Below, piece after piece: positions 20,087 to 32,051 of a stretch of DNA of 64,000 bases (position 1 is its first letter; every line of letters begins with the position of its first letter). Below the pieces are notes generated by a model. That model had not been told where the DNA came from and did no database searches. It saw only the letters and a program-made list of their open reading frames with translations. The translations under genes and the position numbers were made by a program. Source of the stretch: an uncultured cyanobacterium (GTDB taxonomy: Bacteria; Cyanobacteriota; Cyanobacteriia; Cyanobacteriales; Nostocaceae); assembly GCA_963740315.1 (NCBI GenBank), contig CAVUDP010000002.1:3040001-3104000 (forward strand), read 5' to 3'.

Positions 20087-20527
20087 ATGACAACATCTAC
20101 TAACAAAATGGGAATTGTTATCACAAAAATAACCGTAACGAATTTAGTCGATGAAATATTAGCGGAAAGAGGTTTTATTCCCAGCGAAGAAGTTCGCTCA
20201 ATTACTTTAGATAATGTTTTAGTAGATACTGGTGCAACTCGTCTTTGTTTACCAGGAAATATTATTACTCAATTAGGTTTACCGCTTGAAAGTGAAATTG
20301 ATGTTAAAACAGCGGCAGGTATTTGTAAAACACATCTTTTTAAGCGAGTGAGTATAACAGTAGAAGGAAGAAAAGGAGAATTCACCTGCACGGAATTACC
20401 GGGAGGAGAAGATGCACTTTTGGGTGTAATTCCGATGGAAGAATTAGGATTGCAACCAGATATTATTAATCAACGATTGATTTTGCTTCCTCAGACGGGG
20501 AAAGATACTTATCATACGATTTTATAA
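20087..20527 (+). CDS. Clan AA (retroviral-like) aspartyl protease
   Basis: LVDTGAT motif and LLGVIPME; GGAG RBS upstream. Confidence 0.88.
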   Translation: MTTSTNKMGIVITKITVTNLVDEILAERGFIPSEEVRSITLDNVLVDTGATRLCLPGNIITQLGLPLESEIDVKTAAGICKTHLFKRVSITVEGRKGEFTCTELPGGEDALLGVIPMEELGLQPDIINQRLILLPQTGKDTYHTIL

Positions 20528-20548
20528 TTTTTTATAGATTAAATAGTT

Positions 20549-20989
20549 ATGACTGCTGAGGAATTATTGGAAAGGTATGAGAAAGGGGAGAGAGATTTTA
20601 GTGGGGTTGATTTGAGTGGAGTTAATTTGGAAGAGGTTTGTCTTGATGGAATCAATCTCGAAGAGGCTAATCTTAGTAGAAGCCTCTTCTTCCATTGCAC
20701 CTTTCGGGAAGCTATTTTCAGAAATGCCAACCTGGAAGGAGCCGATCTCATGCTGACTACTTTGGATGAAACCGATTTCCGAGGCGCTAATCTCAGGTAT
20801 TGTAATACTAGGGAAACTACCATGATTCGTGCCAACTTCCAAGGTGCTAGGGAAGAAGGAACTGCTCTCGGTGGTTACATGTACAATACCATTTTGCCTG
20901 ATGGTCGTGTTGTCTCCGACCCGATCCCGAAAGAGATAGATGGATCGCTGAAGGGAATGACTTCTGAATATGCCATTAACAGTTCGTAG
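20549..20989 (+). CDS. Pentapeptide repeat protein
   Basis: ELLERYEKGERDFSGVDLSGVNL, ANL/ADL repeats, TILPDG. Confidence 0.9.
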   Translation: MTAEELLERYEKGERDFSGVDLSGVNLEEVCLDGINLEEANLSRSLFFHCTFREAIFRNANLEGADLMLTTLDETDFRGANLRYCNTRETTMIRANFQGAREEGTALGGYMYNTILPDGRVVSDPIPKEIDGSLKGMTSEYAINSS

Positions 20990-21583
20990 TTTGTAGGTTG
21001 GGTTAGACACGAAAACAAAATTGGATTCGTAACGCGAAATTATACTATCATGTCGTAACCCAACATCAAGATTGTGGATAAAATATTTTAATTTAACTCT
21101 TAATTTTTAATACCTTAATTCCCGATTCCTAATTTCCCCGCATTAATGTTGGGTTACGGCGAATCAGCTAATTCTCTCCTTGAAAATCGTAATTTGTCTT
21201 TCGCCTAACCCAACCTACAAAATACAAATAAATATAATAGTTACTTAGTTGAAATAATTAGTCCATTTCAATGAACTTTTGCTATTAGCTGGGGGTTTGC
21301 AACCTCCAGTGGATGTGAGCGCAATTGGATAATTCAGAATAATTCAAATTAATGTTGGGTTACGGCGAATCAGATAAATATTTCGTTGAAAATTATAATT
21401 TGTCGTGCGCGGTGAAGCCAACCTACAAAATACAAACAAATAATTTGCCCTTCCCCGTGAAGCCAACCTACAAATTAGAAGAAGAAAGCGATAAATCGCT
21501 TACTACGAACCAAGAAACCCGGCTTTTGAACAAAAAACCGGGCTTGTAAAACTTTTAACTCCTAACTCCTAATTCCTAACTTT

Positions 21584-22891
<1,308 letters not shown>

Positions 22892-23271
22892 TTATAACTA
22901 CTTTGTTGAAATCGGGAGTCATAACTCCCACAGTTAGAATAGAGGTTTACGCCACTATAGAATAGATGTTTACGCGACTATATAAGCGGAGATTAAAAAA
23001 TTTTTCCACTGGTAGGGGAATAACAAGTGAGGAGTCAAGAATTATTTGATGCAATAATTGTTCCGTATATTCTCTTGTATTTTGATATTCTGTAATTGGT
23101 TTGTAGTAAGGACTTTAGTCCTTTGAAGAAAGCGATAAATCGCTTACTACGAGCCTTTATTTATTTGTCAAAACTAATAGGGGCATTCAATTTGATACTT
23201 AAGCTTTCGTTGTTAAGCAAGAAACATTAATTTTTGAAAAAAAGTCGATAATTATACTTAATTGTGTAAGT

Positions 23272-24867
23272 GTGATGGAGTTGAGCGTGAAGCAGTTTCT
23301 CAAGCAAGTAATTCGTTCTCCAAAGCTGTTAACAGCAGGTTTGCTAAGTTGTGGAATTTTTACCCAGCTTTGTATTCCCTCAGAAGCAGCTTTTACAGGA
23401 AAGGGGGACAAGGAGACAAGGGGACAAGGAGACAAGGAGAATATTAATTTAATTGCTTCCCCCTCTACCCCCTCTCAAATCCTGGCTCAACAAACTTCGG
23501 TAGATCAACTTTCAGATGTCAAGCCAACAGATTGGGCTTATCAAGCTTTAAAATCTTTGATTGAAAAATATGGCGTAATCACGGGTTTACCGGATGGAAC
23601 TTTTAAAGGCGATCGCGCTGTTACTCGTTATGAATTCGCTGCTGGTTTAGCTGCGACTTTGGATAATGTGGCAAATTCTATTGTTACTTCTAGCAACGAT
23701 AGGTATATTCAACAAGATCGGATTACTTTACGACGGTTACAACAAGAATTCGGTAAAGATTTGCGGGATTTACGAACGCGCTTAAATGATATAGAATCTC
23801 GTTCTTCTGAGATAAGCGCAAATCAGTTTTCGACTACTACTAAGTTAAAAGGACAGCAAATTGTTGGTTTAACGGATGGTAGAAGAGCGAATTTAAGTGC
23901 GGTTTCTCGAACTCGATTGACTTTTAAAACTAGTTTTAGTCAAAAAGATTTGCTAGTAACTCAATTGGAATCTGGTAACAACGGTGGTGATGCTGTTGGT
24001 TTAGCGCAAAAGGAAGATTCTAATTTACTGGGAAGCAATGGTATTTTTGCCAATGCTGGCGGACTTGATTTCACCGATGTCGAAGATGATGTTAGACTCA
24101 GGCGTTTGTATTATACTTTACGTCCTTCGTCGGATTTGGCGGTAACTGTAGGAACGAAAATGTCACCGCGAGATTTTATCGACGGTAATCGCTATGCAAA
24201 TAATGAAGCCGCTGATTTTAGTTCGGGAATTTTTCTAAATAATCCTTTGATTGTCCAAAATCGAATCGATCGCAATGGTGGTGCTGGTGCTGCTGTTGCC
24301 TGGAAACCTAAAAATAGTAAACTGGCTTTTCGTTCGCTTTATATTGCCGGGGATGCCAATCGAAGCTCAGATGATAACGGCTTATTTGGCGATCCGCATC
24401 AAGCCAGTGCTGAGTTAGAATATACTTTTAGCGACAAATTAACTTTAAGACTGCAATATACAAACGCCGAAATTGACGACACTAATATCAATGCTTACGG
24501 AGTAAATGCCCAATACAGCCTTAACCGCAATACAGGAATTTTTGGTCGTTTGGGCATCGGTAATTATCAAGGATTTAATGCGGCTATAGATCGAGACTTA
24601 GATTTAAACCCCGTTAGTTGGACGCTTGGTGTTGGTTTGCGTAACATTGGCATTCCCGGTACTATTGCAGGTGTCGCAATTGGTCAACCTTTTGTTAGCG
24701 ATGGCTTGGGAAATGCAACTCAAACTAATTTTGAGACTTTTTATAATCTGCGATTAAGCGATAATATCAGCGTTACTCCCGCCATTTCTTTAGTAGTTAA
24801 TCCCGACAACGACAGCAATCAAGATACTATTTGGCAAACTTCGTTTAGATCGGTGTTTTCGTTTTAA
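23272..24867 (+). CDS. Cyanobacterial SLH-domain outer-membrane porin (OprB/iron-uptake porin family)
   Basis: SDVKPTDWAYQAL, TRYEFAAGL, QFSTTTKLKG, C-terminal FSF. Confidence 0.92.
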   Translation: MMELSVKQFLKQVIRSPKLLTAGLLSCGIFTQLCIPSEAAFTGKGDKETRGQGDKENINLIASPSTPSQILAQQTSVDQLSDVKPTDWAYQALKSLIEKYGVITGLPDGTFKGDRAVTRYEFAAGLAATLDNVANSIVTSSNDRYIQQDRITLRRLQQEFGKDLRDLRTRLNDIESRSSEISANQFSTTTKLKGQQIVGLTDGRRANLSAVSRTRLTFKTSFSQKDLLVTQLESGNNGGDAVGLAQKEDSNLLGSNGIFANAGGLDFTDVEDDVRLRRLYYTLRPSSDLAVTVGTKMSPRDFIDGNRYANNEAADFSSGIFLNNPLIVQNRIDRNGGAGAAVAWKPKNSKLAFRSLYIAGDANRSSDDNGLFGDPHQASAELEYTFSDKLTLRLQYTNAEIDDTNINAYGVNAQYSLNRNTGIFGRLGIGNYQGFNAAIDRDLDLNPVSWTLGVGLRNIGIPGTIAGVAIGQPFVSDGLGNATQTNFETFYNLRLSDNISVTPAISLVVNPDNDSNQDTIWQTSFRSVFSF

Positions 24868-25180
24868 ATTAAGAATGGGTAATTGGGGATGGGTAATTGG
24901 GGATGGGGATGAGTGAAAGTCAGGAGTAAGGAGTTAGAAATTGGAATTTAGAAATTAAGAGTGCCTGTATAATTTTAAATTTTATATATTATGAAGTCTT
25001 TTACTATTGGTTTATATCTGCTTGTAAATGTATTCCTAGATATGCACTAATTGATAATTCGTTACTTATAACTTTTAATTTTGCCAATCCCCCATCACCA
25101 ATTCCCAATTCCCAATTTGAAAATCTAAAATCTAAAATCTAAAATCTAAAATCTAAAATCTAAAATCTAAAATTCTTAAT

Positions 25181-27844
25181 ATGCAGCCTACAGATCCAGA
25201 TAAATTTACTGATAAAGCCTGGGAAGCAATTGTTAAATCTCAGGATATTGTCCGTGCTTACCAACAACAGCAGTTAGATGTGGAACATTTGATGCTGGCT
25301 CTTTTGGAACAAGATAATGGGCTGGCTCATAAGGTTCTAAGCCGCGCTGGGGTGGAAATTGAGCGTTTGCAGCAACAGCTTGAAGATTTTACTCGCCGTC
25401 AGCCGAAGGTGGGCAGAAGCGACCAATTATACCTGGGCAAGGGTCTTGACCGAATGCTTGATGGTGCTGAAGATGCCAAGGAAAGGATGAATGATGCCTA
25501 CATTAGTGTGGAGCATCTTCTGCTGGCTTTTGCTGAAGAGGAACGTGTTGGTAGAAAAATATTTAGAAGTTTAAATGCTAGTACTGACGATCTAGAAACT
25601 GCGATTAAAAATGTCCGGGGTAGTCAAAAGGTAACTGACCAAAATCCCGAATCTCGTTATGAAGCTTTAGACAAGTTTGGTAGAGATTTAACCGAACAAG
25701 CAAAAGCCGGTAAACTCGATCCGGTAATTGGACGAGATGAAGAAATCCGTCGCGTGATTCAGGTGTTGTCTCGTCGCAGTAAAAATAATCCCGTTTTGAT
25801 TGGCGAACCTGGAGTTGGAAAAACTGCGATCGCCGAAGCGTTGGCTCAAAGAATTATTAATGGTGATGTTCCCGAATCGCTGAAGAATCGGCAAATCTTC
25901 GGTTTGGATATGGGTAGTTTGATTGCTGGAGCAAAGTATCGCGGTGAGTTTGAAGATAGATTAAAAGCTGTTCTCCGCGAAGTTACTGAGTCTGCCGGTC
26001 AAATAGTTTTATTTATTGATGAGTTACATACGGTAGTCGGTGCCGGATCGGGACAGCAAGGTTCGATGGATGCCGGTAATTTACTCAAGCCGATGTTAGC
26101 GCGGGGTGAATTGCGCTGTATTGGTGCTACAACCTTGGATGAATATAGGAAATATATCGAAAAAGATCCGGCTTTAGAACGGCGTTTTCAACAAGTTTTA
26201 GTTACTCAACCTACTGTAGAAAACACGATTTCTATTTTGCGGGGACTCAAGGAACGTTATGAAGTCCACCACAACGTTAAAATTTCCGATTCTGCCTTGG
26301 TAGCAGCCGCTACACTGTCAGCGCGTTACATTGCCGATCGCTTTTTACCAGATAAAGCGATCGATTTGGTAGATGAAGCCGCAGCGCAGTTGAAAATGGA
26401 AATTACTTCCAAACCTGCGGAATTAGAAAATATCGAGCGTCGTTTGATGCAGCTAGAAATGGAAAAGCTGTCTTTAGCTGGAGAAGAAAAAACCACGTTA
26501 CAGACGCAGCAGCGGTTAGAGCGAATCGAGCAAGAAATCGAAGATTTGACCGGAAAGCAGGAAGATTTCAACGCTCAATGGCAGGGTGAAAAGCAGGTAT
26601 TAGAAGATATCAGCGCTTTGAAGCAAGAAGAAGAAAAATTACGAGTTCAAATTGAACAAGCAGAACGTGCTTACGATCTTAATACCGCAGCACAATTAAA
26701 ATATGGGAAATTAGAAAGAGTACAGCGCGATCGCGAAATTAAGGAAGCGAAGTTATTAGAAGTTCAAAGTAAAGGCTCTAGTTTGTTAAGAGAGCAAGTT
26801 ACTGAAGACGATATTGCCGAAATTGTGGCGAAATGGACGGGAATTCCCATAAATAGCCTGTTAGAGTCGGAAAGGCAAAAATTATTGCAGTTAGAAGAAC
26901 ATCTTCATAAGCGAGTTATCGGACAAGATGAAGCAGTATCGGCAGTATCGGCTGCTATTCGTCGCGCTCGTGCGGGAATGAAAGATCCTCAACGCCCCAT
27001 CGGTTCGTTTTTATTCATGGGACCTACGGGTGTTGGTAAAACAGAATTGGCGCGGGCTTTAGCAAAATTCATGTTTGATTCCGAAGACGCTATGGTGCGT
27101 TTGGATATGTCGGAATACATGGAAAAGCACTCTGTATCCCGCTTAGTGGGAGCGCCTCCGGGTTACGTTGGTTTTGAAGAAGGCGGTCAACTTTCCGAAG
27201 CCGTGCGCCGTCGCCCTTATTCTGTGATACTGCTTGACGAAGTTGAAAAAGCTCATCCAGATGTATTTAATATTTTGTTGCAAGTTTTAGATGACGGTAG
27301 AATTACTGATTCTCAAGGAAGACTTGTAGACTTTCGTAACAGCGTCATTGTGATGACAAGTAACATTGGTAGCGAGCATATATTAGATATATCCGGCGAT
27401 GATTCGCAATATGAAAAAATGCGGAATCAAGTCATGGAAGCATTGCGAAAACACTTCCGCCCCGAATTTGTTAACCGCATCGACGATTTAATTATTTTCC
27501 ATGCTTTAGGTAGAAAACAAATGGGAGATATTGCTCGCATTCAGTTAAAACGGGTAGAAAATCTATTAGCAGATCAAAAAATCGCCGTTGAAATTACCCC
27601 CGCAGCTTGCGATCGCTTAATAGAAATTGGTTACGATCCAACCTACGGCGCTCGCCCAATCAAACGAGCAATTCAGCGAGAAATCGAAAACCCCCTTGCC
27701 ACCAAGATTTTAGAAAACACCTTTATTCCCGGTGACACCATCATCATCGATCGAGGTAAAACCGCGTTAACATTCAAGAAAAAAGCCGTCGTCAAAGTAT
27801 CGCCAGTTAATACCGTGCAATTGGTGGAATCGGCAGAAGGGTGA
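25181..27844 (+). CDS. clpB: ATP-dependent chaperone ClpB
   Basis: Two AAA+ modules ([16 protein letters not shown]) and a coiled-coil middle domain. Confidence 0.97.
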   Translation: MQPTDPDKFTDKAWEAIVKSQDIVRAYQQQQLDVEHLMLALLEQDNGLAHKVLSRAGVEIERLQQQLEDFTRRQPKVGRSDQLYLGKGLDRMLDGAEDAKERMNDAYISVEHLLLAFAEEERVGRKIFRSLNASTDDLETAIKNVRGSQKVTDQNPESRYEALDKFGRDLTEQAKAGKLDPVIGRDEEIRRVIQVLSRRSKNNPVLIGEPGVGKTAIAEALAQRIINGDVPESLKNRQIFGLDMGSLIAGAKYRGEFEDRLKAVLREVTESAGQIVLFIDELHTVVGAGSGQQGSMDAGNLLKPMLARGELRCIGATTLDEYRKYIEKDPALERRFQQVLVTQPTVENTISILRGLKERYEVHHNVKISDSALVAAATLSARYIADRFLPDKAIDLVDEAAAQLKMEITSKPAELENIERRLMQLEMEKLSLAGEEKTTLQTQQRLERIEQEIEDLTGKQEDFNAQWQGEKQVLEDISALKQEEEKLRVQIEQAERAYDLNTAAQLKYGKLERVQRDREIKEAKLLEVQSKGSSLLREQVTEDDIAEIVAKWTGIPINSLLESERQKLLQLEEHLHKRVIGQDEAVSAVSAAIRRARAGMKDPQRPIGSFLFMGPTGVGKTELARALAKFMFDSEDAMVRLDMSEYMEKHSVSRLVGAPPGYVGFEEGGQLSEAVRRRPYSVILLDEVEKAHPDVFNILLQVLDDGRITDSQGRLVDFRNSVIVMTSNIGSEHILDISGDDSQYEKMRNQVMEALRKHFRPEFVNRIDDLIIFHALGRKQMGDIARIQLKRVENLLADQKIAVEITPAACDRLIEIGYDPTYGARPIKRAIQREIENPLATKILENTFIPGDTIIIDRGKTALTFKKKAVVKVSPVNTVQLVESAEG

Positions 27845-27876
27845 TGGTTAAGAAGTGGTTAAAATAAACCCGAATC

Positions 27877-28079
27877 CGCCACGGATTGAAAATCCCTGTC
27901 TCATAGCAAAAGTCCTCTTAAAGAGGACTACAAAAGTTATAGAGCAGGTTTTTAACCTGACGGAGTTTCATTAACAAGAATCCTCTGTTATTGTATTCGT
28001 GCGAAAAGCGTCAATAGCTTATACATAGTCCTATTTATAGGACTTTCGCTATTAGCCAGGGGTTTGCAACCCCTGGCGG
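27877..28079. repeat. Dispersed inverted pair of the transposase-associated REP unit
   Basis: ...TAGCAAAAGTCCTCTTAAAGAGGACTAC / TAGTCCTATTTATAGGACTTTCGCTATTAGCCAGGGGTTTGCAACCCCTGGCGG. Confidence 0.8.
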
Positions 28080-28210
28080 TTTTGTTTATATGTCTAAAGC
28101 AGGTAAAAGATCCTGTTGCCTATTTTCCTAGCTATATTCATCAAACCTGTGAGTTTTTATCTCTAACTGGGAATAATAATCTCGGTAAGCTTTAAAAACC
28201 AGTTTTGAAA

Positions 28211-29185
28211 ATGACTATAGCCGTAAACTTAACCGTTGCTATTCCCACTTACAACGGAGAAAATCGTTTACCCCAGGTATTGGATAAATTAAAAGAACAG
28301 GTAAATACCAAACATATAAATTGGGAAATTATTATTGTTGATAATAACAGTACGGATGGTACCGCACAACTTGTTAAACAATATCAAGAAAATTGGCTAA
28401 AAGACGTACCTTTAAAATACTGCTTTGAACCAGAACAAGGTATATCTTTTGCCAGACAAAAGGCTATGAATGAGGCAACAGGGGAATTAGTCGGATTTAT
28501 TGATGATGATAATCCACCGTTTGAAAATTGGGTAAGTTCGGCTTATAAATTTGCTCAAGAACATCCGAAAGCTGGTGCTTTTAGTAGTAGAATTCACGGT
28601 ATTTTTGAAACTAATCCGCCAGAAGAACTTAAAGATATTACTTTTTATCTAGCTTTAGTCGATCGCGGTTCGGAACCTTTATTGTACGAACCTCGTAAAA
28701 AAGGACTTCCCCCTGGTGCGGGATTAGTGGTACGTCGGGATGTTTGGAAAAAATACGTTCCAGCGAAGTTGTTATTAATAGGTAGAACCAAAAAACGTTG
28801 GATGCCTACTGGTCAAGATGCGGAAGCATTATTGTATATTCATAGAGCAGGGTGGGAAATTTGGTATAACCCTGAAATGGAAATTGAGCATATAATTCCA
28901 TCGTCGCGATTAGAAGAAAAGTATCTGATTGGTTTAATGCGAATCATCGGTTTAGGACGCTTTCATTTACGAATGTTGATGTTTGATTGGTGGCAAAGAC
29001 CTTTTGTTTTTTGTGCTTATCTAATTAACGATTTTAGAAAAACGGTAATGCATTTTATTCGTTACAGAAAGAAGTTAAATCAAGATATTATTGCTACCTG
29101 TGAAATGCAGCGATTGGTAGCAACTTTAATCAGTCCTTTTTATTTATGGCGAATGCAAATTGTTAACTTTATGAAATTATACTGA
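28211..29185 (+). CDS. GT2 glycosyltransferase, HpsE-like paralogue
   Basis: TVAIPTYNG, VDNNSTD, FIDDDN, PPGAGLV, WEIWYNPEMEI, LISPFYLW; colinear with 43507-44478. Confidence 0.88.
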   Translation: MTIAVNLTVAIPTYNGENRLPQVLDKLKEQVNTKHINWEIIIVDNNSTDGTAQLVKQYQENWLKDVPLKYCFEPEQGISFARQKAMNEATGELVGFIDDDNPPFENWVSSAYKFAQEHPKAGAFSSRIHGIFETNPPEELKDITFYLALVDRGSEPLLYEPRKKGLPPGAGLVVRRDVWKKYVPAKLLLIGRTKKRWMPTGQDAEALLYIHRAGWEIWYNPEMEIEHIIPSSRLEEKYLIGLMRIIGLGRFHLRMLMFDWWQRPFVFCAYLINDFRKTVMHFIRYRKKLNQDIIATCEMQRLVATLISPFYLWRMQIVNFMKLY

Positions 29186-29242
29186 GGCTGTTTTTGTAAA
29201 TACAAGATTAGCATATCAATTATTATCCTCTTTTTAATTGAT

Positions 29243-30233
29243 ATGTTAAACAATCTTATATCTGTAATTATACCAGCATATAATGTCGAAAAAACAATTA
29301 AAGAAACGATTGAATCTGTTTTAAATCAAACTTTTACCAATTTTGAATTAATTATTATAAATCCTAGCTCTACGGATGAAACTCTTGCGATTATTTCTCA
29401 AAGAAAAGAATCCGAGAATCAAGGTTTTTTCTTATCCCCATGCAAATGTAGGAGTTAATCGCAATCGTGGCATAAAGCATTCTACTGGAAATTATATAAC
29501 TTTTTTAGATGCAGATGATTTATGGACAACTGATAAATTAGCAGCACAATATAAAGCTTTAGAATCAAAACCTCAAGCTGGAGTTGCCTATAGTTGGACA
29601 AATTGTATAGATGAAAATGGCAAGTTTCTCCGCAAAACTTCTCACGTTAATTGGAATGGAGACATTTATTCTAAATTATTATTAGATGACTTTATTGGTA
29701 ATGGTTCTAACGTCATGTTTCGTAAAGAACTTTTGATTGAGGTTGGTGGTTTTGATGAATCATTAAGCAACGCTCACGATACCGATATGTGGTTAAAATT
29801 ATCAGCTAGAACTGATTTTATTTGCATACCGAAAGCACAAATTTTATATCGAATTCTTCCTCATTCGATGTCATCTAATGTATTAGGACTAGAAAAATCA
29901 AATTTAGAAATTATTCAACGTGCTTTTGCTCGCGAAAAAGCAAAAGAATATCAACATCTAAAGCCTAAAGCAATCGGAAATCTTTATAAATATCTTTGTT
30001 ACAAAGCTCTGAAAGCACCACCAGGAACACAGCAAAGTAAAGTTGCAGTCAGATTTTTGTTTACTGCAATCAAAACAGATATAGGTCTTTTATCCAAACC
30101 GATAATATTCAAAGCAATTTTAAAATTAATAGCAATGATAATTTTACCTTCTAACTGGGCAAATGCGCTTTTTAAAAAACTGCCTCGTTTATCAAATACT
30201 AGTACTTTCTTAGGGTATGAGAAAACAACTTGA
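29243..30233 (+). pseudogene. GT2 glycosyltransferase split by a +1 frameshift near 29400
   Basis: ORF 29243-29458 holds the GT2 N-terminus (ISVIIPAYN); ORF 29376-30233 continues [17 protein letters not shown]; joined product is colinear with 30472-31398. Confidence 0.8.
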
Positions 30234-30471
30234 TGTAAATCAGTTAAGTAGGGTGTGTTATGGCGCGACAAGTAAAATTGGATAGTAACAAATATATAGA
30301 TTTCGCGCCTAACGCACCGTTTTTTATTTCAATTTTGTGGTGCGTTACGTTGAGGCGATCGCACTACACTACCTGATGCCCATCCTGGAGTAATTGGATT
30401 ATTGATTATTTGGTAGTTGCGCTTTAACGATCGCATTATTATTTATAAAAAGAAAAAAGGAATTTAATAAA

Positions 30472-31398
30472 ATGTCTATTTCCGTAATAATTCCCGTATT
30501 CAACGGAGAAAAAACAATTAGAGAAACAATAAATTCAATATTAAATCAAACCTTTCAAGATATAGAAGTAATTATAGTTAATGATGGTTCTACAGATGCA
30601 ACTTTAGAAATTGTCAAAAGCATATCCGATTCCCGCATCAAAATATTTTCCTATCCAAACGCCGGTTTATCAGCAAGTCGCAATCGAGGAATTTCTCTAG
30701 CTAATAAAAAATATATTTCGTTTATTGATGCCGATGATTTATGGACACCTGATAAACTCGAATCGCAATGGCAAGCTTTACAATCGAATCCGCAAGCTGC
30801 TGTAGCCTATAGCTGGACTGATTATATTGACGAATCAAGTAAATTTATTAAGTCAGGTAGAAGGGTAAAAGTTAACAGTGATGCTTTTAGTAAACTTTTG
30901 GTAGCGAACTTTTTAGAAAATGGCTCTAACCCTTTGATTGAAAAGACAGCTTTAGATAAAGTTGGTGGTTTTGATGAATCGCTTTTCGCAGCAGAAGATA
31001 AAGATATGTGGTTGCGTCTTGCGGCTAACTACGATTTTGTCTGTGTTGAGAAACCGCAAATTTTATATCGAACATCAACTAACTCAATGTCTACCAATCT
31101 TAAAAGACAAGAAGCTGCATCTTTACAAGTAATTGAACGTGGTTTTAGCTATCCCAAAGCCGAGAAATTACAGCATTTGAAAAAGCAAAGTATTTCACTT
31201 GTTTATCAATATCTGACTTTTAAAGCCATTGAAGCGCCACCAGAAAAACGTCAAACCTTAACTGCTGCCTATTTTTTGTGGAATTGGATTAAAAATAATC
31301 CTGCGGTGGTGAAAAATAAACGAATAATCATAATTGCTGTTTTGAAAATTTTCTTTCCTCAAATGTTTCAGCGAGTTACTCAGTCGAAAGGTTTGTAG
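30472..31398 (+). CDS. GT2 glycosyltransferase (HpsF/G-like)
   Basis: SVIIPVFNG, VNDGSTD, FIDADDLW, GGFDE. Confidence 0.9.
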   Translation: MSISVIIPVFNGEKTIRETINSILNQTFQDIEVIIVNDGSTDATLEIVKSISDSRIKIFSYPNAGLSASRNRGISLANKKYISFIDADDLWTPDKLESQWQALQSNPQAAVAYSWTDYIDESSKFIKSGRRVKVNSDAFSKLLVANFLENGSNPLIEKTALDKVGGFDESLFAAEDKDMWLRLAANYDFVCVEKPQILYRTSTNSMSTNLKRQEAASLQVIERGFSYPKAEKLQHLKKQSISLVYQYLTFKAIEAPPEKRQTLTAAYFLWNWIKNNPAVVKNKRIIIIAVLKIFFPQMFQRVTQSKGL

Positions 31399-31493
31399 TA
31401 AGGGCTTTAGCCCTAGTGGTCGATTGCATTAAATATGATGGGTAAAAAGGTTCGTAGTAAGCGCTTTAGCGCCTCCGGATTTGGGGAACCGAT

Positions 31494-31866
31494 GCCCTTA
31501 CTACGAACCTGGGGGACTAAAGTCACTACTACGAACTGGGGGGCTGAAGCCCTTACTACGAACCTGGGAGACTAAAGTCACTACTACGAACTGGGGGGCT
31601 GAAGCCCTTACTACGAACCTGGGAGACTAAAGTCACTACTACGAACTGGGGGGCTGAAGCCCTTACTACGAACCTGGGGGACTAAAGTTATTACTACGAA
31701 CTGGGAGACTAAAGTCACTACTACGAACTGGGGGGCTGAAGCCCTTACTACGAACCTGGGGGACTAAAGTCACTACTACGAACTGGGGGGCTGAAGCCCT
31801 TACTACGAACCTGGGGGGCTGAAGCCCTTACTACGAACTTGGGAGACTAAAGTCATTATTACGAAC
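31494..31866. repeat. Tandem array of 13 x 27-28 bp hairpin units (two variants) of the GTTCGTAGTA family
   Basis: TGGG(G/A)GACTAAAGTCACTACTACGAAC mostly alternating with TGGGGGGCTGAAGCCCTTACTACGAACC; no unique spacers. Confidence 0.92.
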
Positions 31867-32051
31867 CAACGGTAGGGAAATCCGAATCGCTTTTATAGGG
31901 CAAACAATCCAGTAATTTTAGTGCAGTTTATCTACTGAGGCATTAAAATCCAAATTGATAATCACCCTGCTTTGCTTTCCGGTAAAGTGGGGTGTTGGGG
32001 TTTTATTACCCTAATAATCATTAAAATATTTGTATTTGCTGCGATTAAATT

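Noticed and set aside
20539..21010. Minus-strand ORFs over the pentapeptide gene, and the many other short antisense/overlapping ORFs in the track
   Set aside because: Shadow frames of well-supported genes, with no recognisable motifs
31494..31866. CRISPR array
   Set aside because: Units abut without unique spacers, are variants of a dispersed hairpin family, and no cas genes are in the window
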